A stretch of DNA of 64,000 bases, taken from the NCBI GenBank assembly GCA_035525455.1, contig DATLEF010000174.1, forward strand, positions 7,254 through 71,253, given 5' to 3'. Origin of the DNA: Burkholderiales bacterium. Lineage in GTDB: Bacteria > Pseudomonadota > Gammaproteobacteria > Burkholderiales > SG8-41. The notes beneath the pieces were generated by a model. It was not told the origin of the DNA, did no database searches, and saw nothing but the letters and a program-made list of their open reading frames with translations. Position numbers and translations under genes: made by a program. Positions 27,111-35,807 of the stretch are shown in pieces (positions within the stretch are counted from its first letter, which is position 1; the number at the start of each line of letters is the position of its first letter).

Positions 27111-28436
27111 TCACGCCGATAAGTCCTGCGCCCAATGCCGCGTCTCGATGATGAGCTTCAGCTCGCGCAGAAATGCCGCCGCGTACGCGCCGTCGACGGC
27201 GCGGTGGTCGAAGCTCTGCGCGAGCACTCCGACGGGCCGTATCGCGATGCTGTCGCCGTCGGGCGTTTCGATCACAATGGGTTTCTTGCGCACGGCGTCG
27301 GTCGACAGGATCGCGACCTGCGGCTGATTGATGATCGGCGCGGTGATCACGGTCCCGTACGCACCGTTGTTGGTGATCGTATAACTGCCTTCGGTGAGCT
27401 CGTCGGGTTTCAACTTACCCGCTCGGGCGCGTGCGGCAAGATCGGCGATCTCGCGCGCGATCTGCGGCAGCGATTTATTCGGCACGTCCTTCACGACCGG
27501 CACCATCAGACCCTCGAAGTTCAGATCGACGGCGATGCCGATATTGACGCGGCGCTGCAGTGTGACCACCTCGCCGCTGAAAAGCGCGTTGAGCCTCGGA
27601 TACCGCCCCAGGGCGATGGAAACAGCGCGCATGACGAATGGCAGATAGGTGAGGCTGTGCCCTTCGCGCTCTTTCCATTGAACCGCGACTTCTCCGCGCG
27701 CGTGCTCGACGCGATGGAAATCGGCTTCGACCACCTGCAGCACGTGCGGCACGCTGGTCCACGATTTCGGCATGTTTTCCGCAACGCGCTTGCGAACTGC
27801 GCTGAGCGGGAGCGCCTGCCCCAAAGGCGCGGACGCGGCTGGCCGGGCGGTCGCAGGCGCGGTCGGCTCGATGCGTTCGACAGACGTATCGGGTGCGCGG
27901 GATGTCGATGGCGCTGTGCCAGGGCGCTTCGTCTCCGAGCTCGAAATGTGCGCGGTCACGTCTTCGCGCGTGATCCGGCCGTCGCGACCCGTGCCACGTA
28001 TGCGCTCCGGCTCGAGCCCGTGTTCCGCGATGAGCTTGCGCACGACGGGCGAGAGCTGCGCCTGCCCGCCCGCCTTCGGCACACTGGGCGGTTTGGCGAT
28101 TTCGGCAGCGTGCTCCGCAGTCGGACTGATGCGCTGCGCGCCAGTGCCATCGATCGTCACTGAGGATGAGAGCGGTCCACTCCCGGGCACCGCCGCGGCG
28201 CTCCCGCTTTCGCGTATGACGGCAAGCTTCGCGCCGACCTTGGCGGTGACGCCTTCCTGAACCAGGATCTCAGCGACGATGCCATTCGCCTGCGCGGGTA
28301 TCTCGGTGCTGACTTTGTCGGTTTCGACGTCGAACAGGACTTCGTCGGCTTTCACGCTATCGCCGACTTTCTTGTACCACTTGGTGACGACACCCTCGGC
28401 GACCGTTTCGCCGAGCTGCGGCATGATTACATCCAT
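27111..28436 (-). CDS. 2-oxoacid dehydrogenase E2 component (dihydrolipoamide acyltransferase)
   Basis: 441 aa. Lipoyl domain with DVETDKV, an E3/E1-binding domain (SPVVRKLIAEHGLE), and a catalytic domain with DHRAVDG. Confidence 0.9.
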   Translation of the reverse strand: MDVIMPQLGETVAEGVVTKWYKKVGDSVKADEVLFDVETDKVSTEIPAQANGIVAEILVQEGVTAKVGAKLAVIRESGSAAAVPGSGPLSSSVTIDGTGAQRISPTAEHAAEIAKPPSVPKAGGQAQLSPVVRKLIAEHGLEPERIRGTGRDGRITREDVTAHISSSETKRPGTAPSTSRAPDTSVERIEPTAPATARPAASAPLGQALPLSAVRKRVAENMPKSWTSVPHVLQVVEADFHRVEHARGEVAVQWKEREGHSLTYLPFVMRAVSIALGRYPRLNALFSGEVVTLQRRVNIGIAVDLNFEGLMVPVVKDVPNKSLPQIAREIADLAARARAGKLKPDELTEGSYTITNNGAYGTVITAPIINQPQVAILSTDAVRKKPIVIETPDGDSIAIRPVGVLAQSFDHRAVDGAYAAAFLRELKLIIETRHWAQDLSA

Positions 28437-28443
28437 CGGTGAC

Positions 28444-30111
28444 TCACTTCCCGCTCTCGTAAACGACTTTCCCGCCGACCATCGTCATCAGCGGCCGGAT
28501 ATCCTTGATCTGATCCGCGGGCACGGTGAGGTAGTCGCGGTCGAGCACGAGCAGGTCGGCGTACTTGCCGGGCTGCAGCGAGCCCAGATTCGATTCCTGG
28601 AACACGATGTAGGCGTTGCTGCGCGTGTGCGCGATCAGCGCCTGCTCGCGCGTAATTGTTTGCCGGTTGACCTCGCGCCCGCCCACCATCTTGCCGGTGA
28701 CAGCGAACCAGAGGTTATAAAAAGGATTGGAGGTCGTAACGGCGGTCGCGTCCGAACCCAGTCCCCACACGATGCCACTCTCCTGCACCAGACGGATCGG
28801 CGGCATGCTCCACGCTTTTTCGCCGTGGAACCTGTGCATGAGCGCACCCTGGATGAGCGGACGCGTGTGGATCTGCGCGCTCATGCCCAGACGCTTCATG
28901 CGCTCGATCTGCGAAGGATTGACCTGGTCGATATGGGAGAACGCCCAGCGCAGTCCTTTGATGGGTTTTTCCTTGTTGATGGCCTCGTATAGCGTCAGGA
29001 ACGCATCGATCGAGCTCTCCATCTCGACGTGGGAATTGACGTAAATGCCCTGTTGCGCGAGCGCGCGCGTGATGCGCCCCCACTGCGCCATGTCCTCGGC
29101 GCGCGTATTGGTTTTGGGGCTGAGCAGCTGAGTGTTGAGCGGGTTGTAGACCGATTCGCCATAGCCGACGTTGTCGAAGTAATCGGTGCCCTGAAACGGT
29201 TTCATTGCGGGTATTTCAGCGAGCACTTTGTCGACGTCCTGCGGCGTTCCCGGCTGGCGCACGATCTGCCAGAAGACGCGCGCGTTCAGCTCGCCTCGCG
29301 AGGCAAGCTCGCGATACGGTTCGTAATGCGCTTCGCTCATGCCGCGGCCGCCCGCGTCCATCCACGTCGTCATGCCGACCGAGTTGAGAAATGCGACGAC
29401 GTTGCGTGCGTTCTGCAGCCACTGGGGATTTTCGGCGAGCGGGACTGTCGCCGCGACGAAAGCGACGCCGCCCGCGCCTGTAATAAGACCCGTGGGTTTA
29501 CCGGCCGCATCCTTTTCGATCTGCCCGCCGGGCGGGTTCTGAGATTTGTCGTCGATTCCGATTGCCTTCAGCGCAGCCGTGTTGAGATACGTCTGGCGAT
29601 AGATAGCCTGCAGCGCGACAGGATTCGCCGGCGCGAGCTGATCGAGCTCGGCAAGTGGAAAGCCGCGCGGATCGTCGGTGAATTGCTCTTCTGACCAGCC
29701 GCCGAGCGCCACGACCCACTCTCCCGGACGCGCCGCCCGCACGCGCTCCTGCAGCATGCGGATGGACTGAGCGCGCGAAGTGACGCCGTCGAGACGCATC
29801 TCCGAGTGCCATTTCTCCGCGACGCGCACGAAATGGGCATGATTGTCGATGAGGCCCGGAATGACAGTACGGCCGCGAAGGTCGATGACCTTGGTGCCCG
29901 GCCCTGCACTCTTGCGAATGTCAGCGCTGTTGCCGACCGCCACGATCCGCGCGCCTTTGATCGCGACCGCCTGAGCAATCGTGAATCGGTCGTCGACCGT
30001 GACGATCTTGCCGTTGACGAGCACGAGGTCTGCGGTGTCGGCTGCAACAGTGGGCGCCGCCAGTACGGCGAAAAACAGGATCAGCGCCAGCCGATGGAAG
30101 CTATGCAACAT
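28444..30111 (-). CDS. secreted amidohydrolase-family metallohydrolase (Amidohydro_3-like)
   Basis: Trimmed to the ATG at 30111, giving 555 aa. Signal peptide MLHSFHRLALILFFAVLAAPTVAA/DT. Metal motif GLIDNHAHF. C-terminal GSDA and a beta-sandwich (LMTMVGGKVVY). Confidence 0.8.
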   Translation of the reverse strand: MLHSFHRLALILFFAVLAAPTVAADTADLVLVNGKIVTVDDRFTIAQAVAIKGARIVAVGNSADIRKSAGPGTKVIDLRGRTVIPGLIDNHAHFVRVAEKWHSEMRLDGVTSRAQSIRMLQERVRAARPGEWVVALGGWSEEQFTDDPRGFPLAELDQLAPANPVALQAIYRQTYLNTAALKAIGIDDKSQNPPGGQIEKDAAGKPTGLITGAGGVAFVAATVPLAENPQWLQNARNVVAFLNSVGMTTWMDAGGRGMSEAHYEPYRELASRGELNARVFWQIVRQPGTPQDVDKVLAEIPAMKPFQGTDYFDNVGYGESVYNPLNTQLLSPKTNTRAEDMAQWGRITRALAQQGIYVNSHVEMESSIDAFLTLYEAINKEKPIKGLRWAFSHIDQVNPSQIERMKRLGMSAQIHTRPLIQGALMHRFHGEKAWSMPPIRLVQESGIVWGLGSDATAVTTSNPFYNLWFAVTGKMVGGREVNRQTITREQALIAHTRSNAYIVFQESNLGSLQPGKYADLLVLDRDYLTVPADQIKDIRPLMTMVGGKVVYESGK

Positions 30112-30137
30112 GATCTCGACGCCTCGTTTGTTCGCAC

Positions 30138-31115
30138 TCAATCGATTCTCTCCCGAATCTCCCGCACGATGCGCTCGACCGAGGGTATGGTCGCGTCCTC
30201 GAGCCGGTCCGCGGAGGGCAGCGGAATATGCGGAGTCGTGATGCGCACGATCGGCCCGTCGAGACTCCAGAAACATTCGTCGGCGACGATCGACGCGATT
30301 TCGGCACCCCACCCGCAGAGCCGTGGGTTTTCTTCCACCGTGACGAGCCGCCCCGTCTTCGCCACTTCGGCGAGGATGGTCTGAGTATCGAGCGGCACGA
30401 GCGAGCGCAGATCGACGACGGCGCATGAGATGCCGTGCTCCTTCTCTAGGATCGCTGCAGCCTCGAGCGACTTGTGCACCATCAGAGCAAGCGCCACGAT
30501 CGTGCAATCTTTGCCTTCGCGCAGCACGCGGGCCTTACCGAGCTCGTCGACGTGCTCGCCGTCGGGCACTTCGCCTTTCATCGCATACAGCGACTTCTGC
30601 TCGAAAAACAGCACTGGATCGGGATCGCGCACCGCGGCGGCGAGCAGGCCTTTCACGTCGGCGGGAAAGGCAGGCGCGACGACTTTGAGCCCCGGCACCG
30701 CCATCGCCCAGTTTTCCACGGCCTGCGAATGTTGCGCGCCGAAGCGCGAACCTGCGCCGTTTGCAGTGCGTATGACCAGAGGCAGCGCGATCTGGCCGTT
30801 CGTCATGTAACGTGTCTTCGCGATTTCGTTGGCGACGATGTCCCAGCACACCGCGAGAAAGTCCGAGAACATGATTTCGGCGATCGGCCGCAAGCCGGTC
30901 ATCGCCGCGCCCATGGCGGCGCCGAGTATCGCCTGCTCCGAAATCGGGCAATCTCGCACGCGTTTCGGCCCGAATTTTTCGAGCAGGCCCACCGTGGCTT
31001 TGAACACGCCGCCCGCGGCTGCGACGTCTTCGCCGAGGAAAACAACGCTCTCGTCACGCGCCATTTCCTGCGCAATGCCGGCCGCGACGGCGTCGCGATA
31101 GGTCAGTTCCGCCAT
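30138..31115 (-). CDS. 2-oxoacid (acetoin/pyruvate-type) dehydrogenase E1 component beta subunit
   Basis: Trimmed to the ATG at 31115, giving 325 aa. MAELTYRDAVAAGIAQEM..., GEDV..GGVFK.T.GL, PISEQA. Overlaps the E1alpha stop by 13 nt. Confidence 0.9.
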   Translation of the reverse strand: MAELTYRDAVAAGIAQEMARDESVVFLGEDVAAAGGVFKATVGLLEKFGPKRVRDCPISEQAILGAAMGAAMTGLRPIAEIMFSDFLAVCWDIVANEIAKTRYMTNGQIALPLVIRTANGAGSRFGAQHSQAVENWAMAVPGLKVVAPAFPADVKGLLAAAVRDPDPVLFFEQKSLYAMKGEVPDGEHVDELGKARVLREGKDCTIVALALMVHKSLEAAAILEKEHGISCAVVDLRSLVPLDTQTILAEVAKTGRLVTVEENPRLCGWGAEIASIVADECFWSLDGPIVRITTPHIPLPSADRLEDATIPSVERIVREIRERID

Positions 31116-32131
31116 GCGGCACCTCCATCGGCCCAGACATCCTTTTCGATGACATCGAGCGAAGGCAGTGGCGACGCTTTTGCGGTCGCGGTGGCCTCCT
31201 CGACCCGCTTCATGGCCTCGGCTTCCATGTCTTTCAGCGTGGCGTCCGCAAAGCCGAGCTCGAGCAGCCGGTTGCGGTACCGGTCTATAGGATCGCGCTG
31301 GAGCCACTTGTCGAGCTCGCCTTCCGGACGGTATTGGCCCGGATCGGCACGCGAGTGGCCGCTGTGGCGATACGTCATCGCTTCGATCAACGCCGGTCCA
31401 CCGCCTTTGCGTGCGCGGTCCATGTACTTCACCGCGGTTTTGTAGACTTCGTCGGCGTCGTTGCCGTCGATCACGATTTTTTCGAGCCCGTAAGCCGAAG
31501 CACGATCGGCTGCGGGATGCTCGACCGCCGTCACGTGGCTGATCGGCGTGTATTCCATGTACAGGTTGTTCTCGCACACGAAGATGACCGGCAGCTTCCA
31601 GACCGCTGACATGTTCAGCGCTTCGTGGAAAGCGCCGATGTTGGTCGTGCCATCGCCGAAGAAGCACACCGCGACCTGCTCGGTGCCGCGGTATTGCGCA
31701 CTCCAAGCAGCCCCTGCCGCGACCGGCAGATGCGCACCGATGATCGCGTACGAACCCATCGCGCCTTTGGAGACGTCGGTCAGGTGCATCGACCCGCCTT
31801 TACCGCCGAGCAGTCCGCACTCGCGCCCCATGAGCTCGCCGAGCACACCCGCCATCGAAGCGCCGCGTGCGAGCGTGTGGGCGTGACCACGGTAGGTGCA
31901 GAACGTCCAGTCGTCGGGCCGCATCGCGACGCCGAACGCGGCCGCGATCGCCTCCTGCCCGAGCGAGAGATGGCTCGTGCCCTTGACGAGGTTCTGAAGG
32001 AACAAGTCGTAGGCGCGCTTCTCGCAGTAGCGCAGCTCGAGCTGCAGCCGGTAGAGCTCCATGCGCGTTTCGCGTCCGATGTCGATCTCTGCCGGTGTAG
32101 CGGATTTCTTACGTTTTACCGATGTGTCCAC
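31103..32131 (-). CDS. TPP-dependent 2-oxoacid dehydrogenase E1 component alpha subunit (AcoA/PdhA-like)
   Basis: 342 aa. TPP-binding motif GDGTTNIGAFHEALNMSAVWKLPVIFVCENN. YRGHAH and GGKGGSMH. Confidence 0.9.
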   Translation of the reverse strand: MDTSVKRKKSATPAEIDIGRETRMELYRLQLELRYCEKRAYDLFLQNLVKGTSHLSLGQEAIAAAFGVAMRPDDWTFCTYRGHAHTLARGASMAGVLGELMGRECGLLGGKGGSMHLTDVSKGAMGSYAIIGAHLPVAAGAAWSAQYRGTEQVAVCFFGDGTTNIGAFHEALNMSAVWKLPVIFVCENNLYMEYTPISHVTAVEHPAADRASAYGLEKIVIDGNDADEVYKTAVKYMDRARKGGGPALIEAMTYRHSGHSRADPGQYRPEGELDKWLQRDPIDRYRNRLLELGFADATLKDMEAEAMKRVEEATATAKASPLPSLDVIEKDVWADGGAAWRN

Positions 32132-32157
32132 TGGTGACCTCTAAAAGCAAAGCATTT

Positions 32158-32270
32158 AACACGGAGGACACAAAGGTCACGGAGGAAAAGCATTGAACAA
32201 ATAAAGCATGTCATGCTCTTTGTCGAAAATGCCCTTTGACTTTCTCCGTGTCCTCCGTGTCCTTCGTGTT
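32158..32270. repeat. 113-bp palindromic (MITE/REP-like) intergenic element built from CACGGAGGA units
   Basis: The left arm aacacggaggacacaaaggtcacggaggaaaag (32158-32190) pairs with the right arm ctttctccgtgtcctccgtgtccttcgtgtt (32240-32270), about 27 of 32 positions by eye. The AT-rich centre contains the palindrome agcatg-t-catgct (32205-32217). Confidence 0.65.
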
Positions 32271-32284
32271 GAAAGCTGTGGCAG

Positions 32285-33643
32285 TTAATACTTATTAGCG
32301 ATGGGCAGCTGCTGCGCCGGGAAAAGCGTAATCACCTTAGCGCCGTCGGGCGTCAGGACCACTTCTTCCTCGATGCGCGCTGCGGATACACCGTCGGTCG
32401 CAGGACAGAATGTCTCGACCGCGAAGACCATCCCCGCTTTGAGCTCGTACGGGTCCTTGAGCGAATTCAGGCGCGAGATGAGCGGCCGCTCGTGCAGGCC
32501 GAGCCCGAGGCCGTGACAGAAGTTGAGGCCGAAAGCGGACATCTCCGTTTCGAAACCGATCTCCGTGCTCTTCGGGAACGCCTTCGCCACCTTGTCCGTA
32601 GAAACGCCGGGCTTCAGCATCGCGATCGCCCCGTCCATCCATCCCCGCGCTTTCTTGTACGCATCGTGCTGGGCCTTCGTAGCGGAGCCCACGGTGAACG
32701 TGCGGTAATAGCACGTGCGATAGCCCATATACGACTGGATGATGTCGAAATACGCCTGGTCTCCCGGACGGATCATGCGGTCGGTGAAGTTATGCGGGTG
32801 CGGGCTGCAGCGCTCACCGGCGATCGCATTGATCGCTTCCACGCAGTCCGAGCCCATCTCGTAGAGACGCTTGGTCGCCATTGCGACGATCTCGTTTTCG
32901 CGCACGCCCGGCTTGAGCGCTTCGAATATGTCCTGGTAGACGCCGTCGCCCATCGCTGCCGCCATATTGAGCAGCGTGATCTCGTCGTGGCTTTTGATCT
33001 CGCGCGCGTCGAGCATCACCTGCTGGCCGTCCCGCACTTCGATCCCGAGCTTCTGCAGCGCGAATAGAAAAGGCGGCTCGACGACGTCGATACCGAGCGG
33101 CATGTCGGCCACGCCTTCCTGCTGAAGCACGTCTTTGACTTCCTGCGCCATCTGCTCGAAGAGCCCCACGCGCGGCGACACGGCGCCGCGCAATCCGGTG
33201 AGTCCGGCAAGGCAATGGTTCTTCGGAAGCCAGGGCGCATAGATCTTGTGGTGCCGCGCGGCCGAACCGAAATCCCACACCCACGGCTCGCCGTTGCCGG
33301 TCAGCAGACACCAGCGCGTCAACTTGTCACGCGCCCATTCGCCTATGACCGTGCTAGAGATGTAGCGGATGTTGTACTGATCGAACGTGAGGAGCGCCCC
33401 GAGCTCCGAATTCGCCAGCGCATTGCGCGTGCGTGCGAGCCGGTATTCGTGCAGCCGCCGGAAATCGACGCGCTCTTCGAAAGCGACCTGCATGCGGCCG
33501 GGCGCCTGCAGCGGCCGCTCCCAGCGGTGGCCGGGATCGGCCGGATCGAACAGCACGTCGGGCGCTTCGGGAACGCGGCGCTTGCGATCGACATCGGTGG
33601 CCGCAATCCGCTTCGGCTCGCTTTTTCTACTCTTCGTCGCCAT
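32285..33643 (-). CDS. M24-family metallohydrolase, long creatinase/DddP-like subgroup
   Basis: 452 aa. N-domain FRRLHEYRLARTRNAL...LLTFDQYNIRYISST. Pita-bread domain with putative metal ligands (YFDIIQSYMGYRTCYYRTF, CHGLGLGLHE, FAVETF, IEEEVVLT). Confidence 0.8.
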   Translation of the reverse strand: MATKSRKSEPKRIAATDVDRKRRVPEAPDVLFDPADPGHRWERPLQAPGRMQVAFEERVDFRRLHEYRLARTRNALANSELGALLTFDQYNIRYISSTVIGEWARDKLTRWCLLTGNGEPWVWDFGSAARHHKIYAPWLPKNHCLAGLTGLRGAVSPRVGLFEQMAQEVKDVLQQEGVADMPLGIDVVEPPFLFALQKLGIEVRDGQQVMLDAREIKSHDEITLLNMAAAMGDGVYQDIFEALKPGVRENEIVAMATKRLYEMGSDCVEAINAIAGERCSPHPHNFTDRMIRPGDQAYFDIIQSYMGYRTCYYRTFTVGSATKAQHDAYKKARGWMDGAIAMLKPGVSTDKVAKAFPKSTEIGFETEMSAFGLNFCHGLGLGLHERPLISRLNSLKDPYELKAGMVFAVETFCPATDGVSAARIEEEVVLTPDGAKVITLFPAQQLPIANKY

Positions 33644-33654
33644 GGCGAATCTCT

Positions 33655-34743
33655 CTAGGTGCGTGAAGCGGCGAGCTGTGTCGCCATCCAGTCAGCGGTC
33701 TGATCGCGATAGCGGTACCAGAGGTTGTTGACGACGTGGTTACCGCCTTCGATGACCGAGAGCACGCAGGGGCCGGACACTTCGGCAGCGAGCTTGCGCG
33801 CTTCGTCGGGCGAAGTCAGGCGATCCTTCGTGCCGGCCACGATGTAGATCGGACACGTGATGTTCTTCGCGTGGCCGCGCAGCGTCATGCGCGCTGCCGT
33901 GCGGCTCGCTTCCTCGAGATTCGCGCTGTGCGAGCGCACGCGGAATGCTTCGACGTTGAGTATGGGGCGGCCTTCGAAAGTCGGCTTGCGCTCGTATGCG
34001 CCGGAAAGCGCGACGCACGCTTTGATGCGCTTGTCGAAAGCCGCAGCGCGCGGCGCGTAGTAGCCGCCGAGGGAAACACCCCACACGCCGACCCGCGAGA
34101 CGTCGACGTCCGTGCGCTTTTCGAGAAAATCGATCACGGCACCTACCGGTTTCTCGTACTCGGGGCAGATGGGCAAGTCGTATTCGGCCTCCCCCTGACC
34201 CGGTCCGTCGAAAGCCAATGTGGCTACTCCGCGTTTGAGAAAGCGGCTTTCGTAGTCCTCCATCTCTTCTTTCGCCGAGTCGAGGCCCATGCACATGACG
34301 ACGACAGGAGGCCGGTCGCTGCCCGCGGGTTTGCGCAGATTGCCGTACAGCGTCGTGCCTTCGTACGGAATCGCCACTCGCTCGCCTGGCGGACGCAAGA
34401 GCGGCAATGCCCGGTTGCGGCATTCGACCGCATTCATGTGCGCTTGTTTGAGCTGCGCCATATCGTTCACGAACAAAAACTTGCCGAAGTGATAGCAGAC
34501 CGCCGCGCGCGTCCAGTGCTCGCCGGCCGAAAGCTTGAATCCTTCAGCATGCGCTTTGTTGCCGAGCTCTTCATGAACGGCGGCACGAGCGCTCCACGCG
34601 CTGCACCAGTCTTCCCAACGCTCGATGGCACCGGTCACTTCCTGAAAATCAGTCAGAGGCACGCCGTTCACCACGAAACGCGGCGCCCAGTGCGAAATCG
34701 CGGACTGAACGCGCTCGTCTTTGTTACGTTGTGGCGTATCCAT
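33655..34743 (-). CDS. alpha/beta hydrolase, 2,6-dihydropseudooxynicotine-hydrolase-like (C-C hydrolase family), copy 1
   Basis: Start moved to the ATG at 34743 (GAAAGG upstream), which matches the paralog's N-terminus. Nucleophile elbow GVSLGGY. Motifs HWAPRFVVNGVP and MCMGLDSAKEE. Confidence 0.8.
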   Translation of the reverse strand: MDTPQRNKDERVQSAISHWAPRFVVNGVPLTDFQEVTGAIERWEDWCSAWSARAAVHEELGNKAHAEGFKLSAGEHWTRAAVCYHFGKFLFVNDMAQLKQAHMNAVECRNRALPLLRPPGERVAIPYEGTTLYGNLRKPAGSDRPPVVVMCMGLDSAKEEMEDYESRFLKRGVATLAFDGPGQGEAEYDLPICPEYEKPVGAVIDFLEKRTDVDVSRVGVWGVSLGGYYAPRAAAFDKRIKACVALSGAYERKPTFEGRPILNVEAFRVRSHSANLEEASRTAARMTLRGHAKNITCPIYIVAGTKDRLTSPDEARKLAAEVSGPCVLSVIEGGNHVVNNLWYRYRDQTADWMATQLAASRT

Positions 34744-34782
34744 TCGTGTACCTTTCTCAAACACCATGCTGAATCGAGAGAC

Positions 34783-35754
34783 TCATTGCGCCGTGATCCC
34801 CGCCGCCTTTATGACTGGCGTCCACTTCGCCAGCTCGGCCTTGATGAAGGCGCGCATCTCTTCGGGTGTCGTAGGCGCAGCGATCGCTCCGAGCTTGAGT
34901 AGCGCCTCCTTCACGTCGGGCCGGTTGAAGCTGTCGTTGATTTCCTTGTTGAGCCTCGTGATGATGATCTGCGGCGTTTTCGCGGGCGCCATGATTCCAA
35001 ACCAGAGGAGCGCATCGAGTCCGGGAACGCCGGCTTCGGTCGCGCTCGGAATATCGGGCGTACCTGGAAAGCGTTGCAGGCTCGTGACTGTGAGCGCTTT
35101 TACCTTCTTCGCCTGAAGCTGCACGTGAGCCGTCACGGGAGAAAGGAACGCGAACTGCGTTTCGCCACTCAGCAGGCCCGTCAGCGCCGGCCCGGCGCCC
35201 TTGTACGGCACGTGCAGAAACTTGACGCCGCTCACGTTCATGAAAAGCTCGCCGGCGAGATGGCTGATCGTGCCGGCGCCCGCAGAACCCCACGGCACCG
35301 CATTGCCGCCTTTGGCCTTGCCGAGTGCGATCAGCTCCTGCACGGAATTCACGGGCACCGACGGATGCGTCACCAGCACGGTGACCCCTTTCATGAGCAG
35401 CGAGATCGGCGCGAAATCCCGTACCGGGTCGTAAGGCAGGTTCTTGAAGAGCGACACGGCCGAGACGTGTGTGCCCGCATGCGCGATCGTCAGCGTATAC
35501 CCATCGGGGACCGATTTCGCGACGATATCGGTGCCGATCGTGCCACCCGCACCGGCGCGGTTATCGACGATGAACTGCTGCCCGAGTCGCTCGGTCAGTT
35601 TTTGCGCGGTGAAGCGGGCGATCTGGTCGGATGTGCTTCCTGCCGACCCGGTGATCACGCGCACGGGGCGGGTTGGGTACTTGTCGGCGTCGGCTGCCAG
35701 GGCACTTGCCGCGGCCAACATGGTTCCGAGTACGGCCGCGATTTTCAATATCAT
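34783..35754 (-). CDS. Bug/TctC-family tripartite tricarboxylate transporter substrate-binding protein
   Basis: 323 aa. Signal peptide. Family motifs (DNRAGAGGTIG, PDGYTL, LPYDPVRDFAPIS, VPYKGAGPAL). Confidence 0.85.
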   Translation of the reverse strand: MILKIAAVLGTMLAAASALAADADKYPTRPVRVITGSAGSTSDQIARFTAQKLTERLGQQFIVDNRAGAGGTIGTDIVAKSVPDGYTLTIAHAGTHVSAVSLFKNLPYDPVRDFAPISLLMKGVTVLVTHPSVPVNSVQELIALGKAKGGNAVPWGSAGAGTISHLAGELFMNVSGVKFLHVPYKGAGPALTGLLSGETQFAFLSPVTAHVQLQAKKVKALTVTSLQRFPGTPDIPSATEAGVPGLDALLWFGIMAPAKTPQIIITRLNKEINDSFNRPDVKEALLKLGAIAAPTTPEEMRAFIKAELAKWTPVIKAAGITAQ

Positions 35755-35807
35755 TTGTCCTCCTCGTTATGTCAGCTCTTTGGGCGCGCTCGACTGGCGC
35801 GCTTGCG

